Positions 56,379 to 64,000 of a stretch of DNA of 64,000 nucleotides are shown here, piece by piece. Both the position numbers and the translations under genes were made by a program. Positions within the stretch are counted from its first letter, which is position 1. Each line of letters opens with the position of its first letter. Location of the stretch: NCBI RefSeq assembly GCF_045037415.1, contig NZ_CP173438.1. The stretch is one strand, 5' to 3'. Below the pieces are notes generated by a model that saw only the letters and a program-made list of their open reading frames with translations, had not been told where the DNA came from and did no database searches. This stretch comes from Escherichia coli (lineage in GTDB: Bacteria; Pseudomonadota; Gammaproteobacteria; Enterobacterales; Enterobacteriaceae).

Positions 56379-57113
56379 TTATGCTGCGACAACAATCCCC
56401 TTTTCAGCAAATGTAGCTCGTAATCGGCGGGCGAACGCCAGTGCGTGCTCGCCATCGCCATGTAGGCAGACCGTTTGCGCCGTGACCATTGCCCATTCGC
56501 CGGTGATACTTTTGACTCTGCCGTGTTGCACCATCTCCAACGTTTGCGCCAGCGCCTGTTCTTCGTTTTCAATCAACGCGCCTGGCTGGCTTCGCGGCAC
56601 CAGCGAACCGTCTGCCTGATAACCACGATCGGCAAACACTTCCTCGCGCGTTACCAGGCCATATCGTTCGCCTGCACGAATCAGCTCGCTTCCTGCCAGC
56701 CCGACGAGAATCAATGCCGGATCGCAAGCGTATACCGCTCTGGCGATAGCGTCTGCCAGTTGTGCCTCTTTCGCCGCCTGGTTGTATAACATGCCGTGCG
56801 GTTTGACATGACACATTACGCCGCCTTGCGCACGGGTAATCGCTGCCAGCGCGCCAATTTGATACAGCGTCTGGGCGAAAATGGTTTCTGGCGGCAGCTG
56901 CATGGCGCTGCGACCAAAATTTTCCCTGTCGGGAAAACTCGGGTGAGCGCCAATCGCGACACCATTTTTTATTGCTTCACGCACGCAAGCCTGCATGGTT
57001 TGCGCATCTCCTGCATGAAATCCACAGGCAATATTGGCAGAGGAAACCAGCGTTAATAGCTCTGCGTCGCTGGCGCAGCCTTCGCCCAGATCGGCGTTCA
57101 GGTCAATTTTCAT
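56379..57113 (-). CDS. pxpA: 5-oxoprolinase subunit A (LamB/YcsF family)
   Basis: 244 aa; third gene of pxpBCA. Confidence 0.93.
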   Translation of the reverse strand: MKIDLNADLGEGCASDAELLTLVSSANIACGFHAGDAQTMQACVREAIKNGVAIGAHPSFPDRENFGRSAMQLPPETIFAQTLYQIGALAAITRAQGGVMCHVKPHGMLYNQAAKEAQLADAIARAVYACDPALILVGLAGSELIRAGERYGLVTREEVFADRGYQADGSLVPRSQPGALIENEEQALAQTLEMVQHGRVKSITGEWAMVTAQTVCLHGDGEHALAFARRLRATFAEKGIVVAA

Positions 57114-58035
57114 TGTGCAGCCGCCACGCTAATTGTTCGAAATAACGTTGCTGATCTTGCCGCGCTTTCAGTGCCTCTTCCAGTGAACACTGGACAAAAT
57201 GAATCGGCTGACCGAGCGGAATTTGCGCCAGATGGTACATATCAGCCTCAATGATACAGGCAATACGCGGGTAACCACCGGTGGTCTGTGCGTCGTTCAT
57301 CAATACAATCGGCTGGCCGTTATGCGGCACCTGCACCACGCCCGGCAACAAACCGTGAGATAACAGTTCGCGATCGGTGGTGCGTTTTAAAATTTGCCCC
57401 TGTAAGCGATAGCCCATGCGGTTACTTTGCGGGCTAAGCTGCCAGGGCGAACGCCAGAATGCATCCTGCGAGGCGCGATCGAACTCATGATATTCCGGCC
57501 CCGGCAAGGCGCGAATGCGGTTGCCCCAGAGCAGCTGTTTAACGCCCTGCGCTTCCATAAAATCACGCTTCGCTTTGCCAATCGGGAGTCGGTCACCATC
57601 CCTCAGTAAACGGCCTTCCAGCCCGCCAATCCCCACTTTGAGATCGGTGCTGCATGATCCCATTACCGGCGGAACATCAATACCACCCGCGACCGCCAGA
57701 TAACTGCGCATCCCGTGCTGCGGGCGTTTAAGCGTTAAACGCTGGCCTGCTTTCATCGGCAATCGCCAGCCGGTCCAGACGGCATTATCATCCAGCCGCG
57801 CTTCGCAACCGGCACCCGTCAGAGCAAACCACCCATCAGTTTCGAACTCAACCGTTAACTGACCGAGCGTGATCTCCAGCGCGGGGGCATTGGCGTCATT
57901 ACCCACCAGCAGGTTAGCAATGCGTAACGCAGGCATATCCAGTGCGCCACAGTGGCTGATACCAGACTGACGAAAGCCGTGACGGCCGCCATCCTGCACG
58001 GTGGTGTACATGCCCGCACGAATAATCTTCAGCAT
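57103..58035 (-). CDS. pxpC: 5-oxoprolinase subunit C
   Basis: 310 aa; overlaps pxpA and pxpB. Confidence 0.93.
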   Translation of the reverse strand: MLKIIRAGMYTTVQDGGRHGFRQSGISHCGALDMPALRIANLLVGNDANAPALEITLGQLTVEFETDGWFALTGAGCEARLDDNAVWTGWRLPMKAGQRLTLKRPQHGMRSYLAVAGGIDVPPVMGSCSTDLKVGIGGLEGRLLRDGDRLPIGKAKRDFMEAQGVKQLLWGNRIRALPGPEYHEFDRASQDAFWRSPWQLSPQSNRMGYRLQGQILKRTTDRELLSHGLLPGVVQVPHNGQPIVLMNDAQTTGGYPRIACIIEADMYHLAQIPLGQPIHFVQCSLEEALKARQDQQRYFEQLAWRLHNEN

Positions 58036-58685
58036 ACTCCCTCCTTCTGCGGTACAAAGCGCACGCTGTCTCCCGGACGTAATAAGATGGGTTCGTCACA
58101 CGCCGGATCAAACAGGCTGAGTGAGGTATGACCAATCAACTGCCAGCCACCCGGCGTTGCCAGCGGATAAACACCGGTCTGCGGCCCGCCGATCCCGACA
58201 GAACCTGCCGGAACGTGCAAGCGCGGTTCAGCGCGCCGTGGCGTGTGTAGTTGTTCCGGCAAACTCCCGAGATACGGGAAGCCCGGTTGAAAACCTAAAA
58301 ACCAGACCACGTATTCCACGGAGGAGTGCAATTCAACAACCTGTTTTTCGCTCAATCCACAATGCGCCGCGACCACCGCCAAATCCGGTCCGGCTGCGCC
58401 ACCGTAAACTACCGGAATTTCAATAAAGCGAGACTCCGGCTCCAGCGCCTCACTCTCCTCCCACCAGCGTTGCAAACGCTCTATGGCATCCAGCGCCAGC
58501 GACTCAGGATTACGCAAAATCACTGTGATATTGTTCATGCCAGGAATGGCTTCAACCACATTCGGCATATCCACCAGACGCTGTGCCAGTCGCCAGATCC
58601 GTTTCTGGCTAGCCAGCGTCACCGGCGGTTCCAGTTCCAGTACTACCGCCGTTTCACCTATCAGATAACAACGCGCTCGTTGCAC
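58029..58685 (-). CDS. pxpB: 5-oxoprolinase subunit B
   Basis: 218 aa. Confidence 0.93.
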   Translation of the reverse strand: MQRARCYLIGETAVVLELEPPVTLASQKRIWRLAQRLVDMPNVVEAIPGMNNITVILRNPESLALDAIERLQRWWEESEALEPESRFIEIPVVYGGAAGPDLAVVAAHCGLSEKQVVELHSSVEYVVWFLGFQPGFPYLGSLPEQLHTPRRAEPRLHVPAGSVGIGGPQTGVYPLATPGGWQLIGHTSLSLFDPACDEPILLRPGDSVRFVPQKEGVC

Positions 58686-58707
58686 TTTCGATCCCTCTGA
58701 TTATTCG

Positions 58708-59451
58708 TTATGCAGGATTAGGAATATCAATAAAGGTCACATCAAGATCGGTATTTTCATTCAGCCACTCGCTCAATGCGCGAATACCACCGCGTTCAGT
58801 GGCATGGTGACCCGCAGCATAAAAATGCAATCCCTGCTCGCGGGCTGAATGAATGGTCTGTTCAGAAACTTCGCCAGTAATAAAAGCATCCACGCCAAAA
58901 CGCGCGGCGCTATCGATAAAACTTTGCCCACCCCCCGTGCACCAGGCGACGCGCTGGACCACCTCAGGTCCGGTATCGCCACACCATAACGGCTTACGTC
59001 CCAGACGCGCTTCAATCCAGGAGGCCAGTTCCAGTCCCGGCACAGGCATGGTCAGTTCGCCCCACGGCACCAACGGCTCAATTTCGCCCATGACCGTGAT
59101 CCCCAGTAACGCCGCCAGCTGTGCGTTATTACCCAGCTCCGGATGCGCGTCCAGGGGCAGATGCCAGCCATACAGGTTGATATCATTCGCCAGCAACGTT
59201 TTTAAACGGTTACGCTTCATTCCGCGAATGACCGGAGATTCACCTTTCCAGAAGTAGCCATGATGCACAATGACCGCATCCGCGCCCAGACGCACTGCCT
59301 CATCGAGCAAAGCCTGGCTGGCAGTTACACCGGTAACAATTTTTTGCACCATCTCTTTGCCTTCCACCTGCAAACCATTCGGCGCGTAATCACTAATCGC
59401 CGCGCTGTTCAGTTTTTCGTTAATCAGTTGTTCCAGTTCGGTGTTTTTCAT
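58708..59451 (-). CDS. ybgI: Nif3-family metal-binding protein
   Basis: 247 aa NIF3/YbgI family. Confidence 0.93.
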   Translation of the reverse strand: MKNTELEQLINEKLNSAAISDYAPNGLQVEGKEMVQKIVTGVTASQALLDEAVRLGADAVIVHHGYFWKGESPVIRGMKRNRLKTLLANDINLYGWHLPLDAHPELGNNAQLAALLGITVMGEIEPLVPWGELTMPVPGLELASWIEARLGRKPLWCGDTGPEVVQRVAWCTGGGQSFIDSAARFGVDAFITGEVSEQTIHSAREQGLHFYAAGHHATERGGIRALSEWLNENTDLDVTFIDIPNPA

Positions 59452-59538
59452 CTTCGCGCCTTCCGTATTCTGATAGCTACACCGTTAACATAGCGTTACC
59501 TCGCCTGTTCGTCGATAGCCAATCTTTTGACATATTAA

Positions 59539-61203
<1,665 letters not shown>

Positions 61204-61217
61204 TAAGCCAGCACCAT

Positions 61218-61250
61218 GCCTGATAAAACGCTCGCTGCGTTTTATCAGGC
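61218..61250. repeat. REP-like perfect palindrome between convergent dtpD and phr
   Basis: 14-bp arms GCCTGATAAAACGC / GCGTTTTATCAGGC with 5-nt loop; overlaps the last codons of phr. Confidence 0.7.
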
Positions 61251-62663
61251 TCCTTTCCTCGCTTCTTCGTACGCTGCCAGCGTTCGCAGCCTTGCCTCTT
61301 TGTGATCGACTATCGGTTGCGGATAATCCAACGTCACACCTGTTTTCTCTGCCCACTTCCACGGCTCATGCACCGCTTTCCCCGGTACATCGCGCAGCTC
61401 CGGTAGCCACTGGCGGATAAATTCGCCTTCGCGGTCAAATTTCTCGCCCTGAGTTGTCGGGTTGAAAATACGAAAATACGGCGCTGCATCAGTACCCGTA
61501 GAAGCGGCCCACTGCCAGCCACCGTTATTAGCTGCCAAATCACCATCAATCAGCTGCGACATGAAATATCGCTCGCCTTCGCGCCAGTCGATCAACAAAT
61601 CTTTCACCAGAAAACTGGCTGTAATCATCCGTAGCCGGTTATGCATCCAGCCAGTGCTGTTAAGCTGACGCATGGCAGCATCGACAATCGGGTATCCCGT
61701 TTTGCCTTCCTGCCAGGCCTTTAAATGGGCGGGATTACTTTGCCACTGTACACGATCCGTCCAGGCAATAAACGGACGATGTTTACACAGCGAAGGATAA
61801 TACGTCATCAAATGGCGGTAGAACTCGCGCCAGATCAGCTCACTAAGCCAGACACTACCGGCTCCACCGTCCAGCGCCTGCGGCTGTTCCGCCAACAAGC
61901 GATGCAAACACTGGCGAGGCGATAACCCGCCCGTTGCCAGGCTGGCGGACAAACGACTGGTGCCTTCTACTGCCGGAAAATCTCGTTGTTGCTCATACTC
62001 TCCGGCACCGTTCTGGCAAAACTGGCGTAATTGCGCAATCGCCGCTTTTTCTTCCACCGGGAAATGCGCAGTATCGAAAGACTGACGAGGATAATTCAGC
62101 GTAATGGATGGCGCGGGATCTATCGCTCCACTACTACGTACTTTTGGCGCAGCGACGCACTCCGGCATCCCTTCCCGCAGCCGTTTCAGCCAGGCATTCT
62201 TAAAAGGCGTAAAGACTTTGTACATCTCATGATTGCCAGTCATCACCGCCCCCGGCGGCAGGATCACGCTGTCATCAAATCCTTCACACACCACGTTACG
62301 CAGCGCTCTTTCAACTTCCACATCCCGCGCCCGCTCATTTACCTCATACTGATAGTTATAAAAAAGATGAGTAACGCGGTTTTCCGCGCACACCTGTTTA
62401 ACTATTTCGACGCTGGCGGCAAAGTCATCCACTTCACGGAACAATAAAGGAATACCTTTTTCCGCCAGCGCGTTTTGCAGCGCATTAAGTTGTGTATTGA
62501 TAAGTTCAGCCTGACGCGGCGACACATTATGCGCCGCCCACTGGCGTGGGGTAGCGATATACAACGCCAGCACGCGTGCAGACGAATTGCGGCAGGCGGC
62601 AGCCAGTGCGAGATTATCGTGCAGACGTAAATCCTGGCGAAACCAGACCAGATGGGTAGTCAT
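61245..62663 (-). CDS. phr: deoxyribodipyrimidine photolyase
   Basis: 472 aa starting MTTHLVWFRQDLRLHDNLALAAAC. Confidence 0.97.
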   Translation of the reverse strand: MTTHLVWFRQDLRLHDNLALAAACRNSSARVLALYIATPRQWAAHNVSPRQAELINTQLNALQNALAEKGIPLLFREVDDFAASVEIVKQVCAENRVTHLFYNYQYEVNERARDVEVERALRNVVCEGFDDSVILPPGAVMTGNHEMYKVFTPFKNAWLKRLREGMPECVAAPKVRSSGAIDPAPSITLNYPRQSFDTAHFPVEEKAAIAQLRQFCQNGAGEYEQQRDFPAVEGTSRLSASLATGGLSPRQCLHRLLAEQPQALDGGAGSVWLSELIWREFYRHLMTYYPSLCKHRPFIAWTDRVQWQSNPAHLKAWQEGKTGYPIVDAAMRQLNSTGWMHNRLRMITASFLVKDLLIDWREGERYFMSQLIDGDLAANNGGWQWAASTGTDAAPYFRIFNPTTQGEKFDREGEFIRQWLPELRDVPGKAVHEPWKWAEKTGVTLDYPQPIVDHKEARLRTLAAYEEARKGA

Positions 62664-63169
62664 AAAACTCCTGCATGGCGCAAGTTAATCACACGCGGCC
62701 AAAGTTCGAAATAACGCTGCCCTGAAAGCCAGGCGTCAGGATAAAGCGCCATATAGTGTTTGATACGCATCAGCGGCGCAAGAAGCGATTGCTCGCCACG
62801 GCGATAACTGTCGATAAGCGCCGCCAGCTGCTGGCGTTCTGTGGAATCAATATGTGGGCGAAAATATCCCTGAACGTGCATCAAAACGTTAGTATGATCA
62901 CGCCGGTTGGCAGGGTGAGAAAGCAAAACAATCACGCGTTGGCGGTACTGGTTGTAATAGTCATCCAGACTTTGCCACCGGTGAATATCAGCCACAAACG
63001 GGCCAAGTTTGCGGTACTCCGGCTGAGAATGCGCCAGAAAGACGAGTTTATAGCGGCTGTGATAATCGAGAAGCGCCCCGCGCGTTAGTCCTCGATCTTT
63101 GAGATTGTGTAACTCATGCAAAGCAAAAATGCGGATAAGGGTGCTGTCATCAAAAAGTTGTTGATTCAT
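62660..63169 (-). CDS. ybgA: DUF1722-family protein
   Basis: 169 aa; stop-start overlap with phr. Confidence 0.93.
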   Translation of the reverse strand: MNQQLFDDSTLIRIFALHELHNLKDRGLTRGALLDYHSRYKLVFLAHSQPEYRKLGPFVADIHRWQSLDDYYNQYRQRVIVLLSHPANRRDHTNVLMHVQGYFRPHIDSTERQQLAALIDSYRRGEQSLLAPLMRIKHYMALYPDAWLSGQRYFELWPRVINLRHAGVL

Positions 63170-63210
63170 TACTGCTCCTGAACGGTTTACAGGAGTAAGT
63201 GTAGACGCCG

Positions 63211-63246
63211 AAAAAAGAAAACCGCCAGCGTTTCCACCGGCGGTTT
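63211..63246 (-). terminator. rho-independent terminator of ybfA
   Basis: AAACCGCC-N12-GGCGGTTT followed by a T-run on the minus strand, between ybfA and ybgA. Confidence 0.65.
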
Positions 63247-63269
63247 TCTTTAAACGTCATGTTTGGCAA

Positions 63270-63476
63270 TCAGTAAAAATCACCGGTTGCCTTTTCGGCC
63301 TGATCCATCCACACCGGTTTATCGCTGGTTTTCGACCAGACGCGGTGCAGGTAGCTATAAAAGCGGGCGCGGTCTTTCCAGAAAAGCATGAAAGGCAGCG
63401 CCAGAACGCCCGCTGCAACCGCACAAGTACGGCGTAAAAAGATAAGCCATGCAGGATATTCTTTGTAGAGTTCCAT
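63270..63476 (-). CDS. ybfA: DUF2517-family small membrane protein
   Basis: 68 aa [16 protein letters not shown]...; adjacent to kdp promoter as in K-12. Confidence 0.9.
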   Translation of the reverse strand: MELYKEYPAWLIFLRRTCAVAAGVLALPFMLFWKDRARFYSYLHRVWSKTSDKPVWMDQAEKATGDFY

Positions 63477-63689
63477 ACTTTTCTCCCCCTTTTGTATCTA
63501 CCCGGTGAATAGCACCGGAAAAATGAATTCGTTTATCTGATGAAAATAGTACCGCTGTTTGTGTAATTTTACTACTCATCCGACCACTTATTTTTGCTTA
63601 TTGATGGTTTATTTATATTCACCGTGTAATTAAGTTACATAAAAGTTAAATTAATACTAAACATTAGTTAAATCATTGCTTTTGCCATT

Positions 63690-63706
63690 TTTATACTTTT
63701 TTTACA
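63690..63706 (+). promoter_or_regulatory. KdpE binding site in the kdpFABC promoter
   Basis: TTTATACTTTTTTTACA (TTTATA-N5-TTTACA direct repeat) about 85 bp upstream of kdpF. Confidence 0.65.
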
Positions 63707-63788
63707 CCACGCCCGCAGATTTTTGCGAAATCTTTGCAGCCAGAACTCTACCCTTCCGGTATCACTTTTAGGCCACTGGAGGTGCACT

Positions 63789-63878
63789 GTGAGTGCAGGC
63801 GTGATAACCGGCGTGTTGCTGGTGTTTTTATTACTGGGTTATCTGGTTTATGCCCTGATCAATGCGGAGGCATTCTGA
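63789..63878 (+). CDS. kdpF: K+-transporting ATPase subunit F
   Basis: 29-aa ORF from [32 protein letters not shown], translated by hand; stop overlaps kdpA start. Confidence 0.85.
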
Positions 63879-64000
63879 TGGCTGCGCAAGGGTTCTTACT
63901 GATTGCCACGTTTTTACTGGTATTAATGGTGCTGGCGCGTCCCTTAGGTAGCGGGCTGGCGCGGCTGATTAATGATATTCCTCTTCCTGGTACGACGGGC
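63878..64000 (+). CDS. kdpA: K+-transporting ATPase subunit A, N-terminal part (continues past window)
   Basis: ATG at 63878; [41 protein letters not shown]. Confidence 0.9.

Overview
The window is an Escherichia coli-type chromosomal segment, colinear (in reverse orientation) with the K-12 16-17 min region. Gene order: ybhA' - modCBA - acrZ - modEF - galETKM - gpmA - aroG - ybgS - zitB - pnuC - nadA - seven-gene Lys/Val tRNA operon - cpoB - pal - tolB - tolA - tolR - tolQ - ybgC - ybgE - cydX - cydB - cydA - mngBA - mngR - sucDCBA - sdhBADC - gltA - abrB - nei - pxpACB - ybgI - dtpD - phr - ybgA - ybfA - kdpF - kdpA'. Most of it is conserved core metabolism, so the interest lies in three places where it departs from the K-12 layout as I recall it. 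(1) Between gltA and abrB, where K-12 carries the ybgDQPO fimbrial operon, there is a ~7.8 kb cassette at 46524-54329. It encodes a DctPQM-type TRAP transporter, a split UxaA-like dehydratase, an SDR oxidoreductase, a Zn-dependent dehydrogenase, an RraA-family putative aldolase and a divergent GntR/FadR-type regulator, with a nested palindromic candidate operator at 53362-53390. I read this as an uncharacterised, kinase-free sugar-acid catabolic module; substrate and chemistry are inferred, not demonstrated. (2) Between cydA and mngB, a low-GC gene for a 397-aa secreted TPR protein (27780-28973) sits next to a ~1.5 kb very AT-rich tract. (3) ybfA and ybgA are directly adjacent, so the RhsC element that separates them in K-12 is absent. 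Smaller observations include a 78-bp tandem duplication inside tolA, recognisable operators (gal OE/OI, ModE, TyrR, NadR, FNR, KdpE), REP/BIME elements, and the SdhX sRNA region after sucD. No CRISPR array, integrase, transposase or phage genes were seen. All assignments rest on reading the sequence and recalled protein families; no database search was run.
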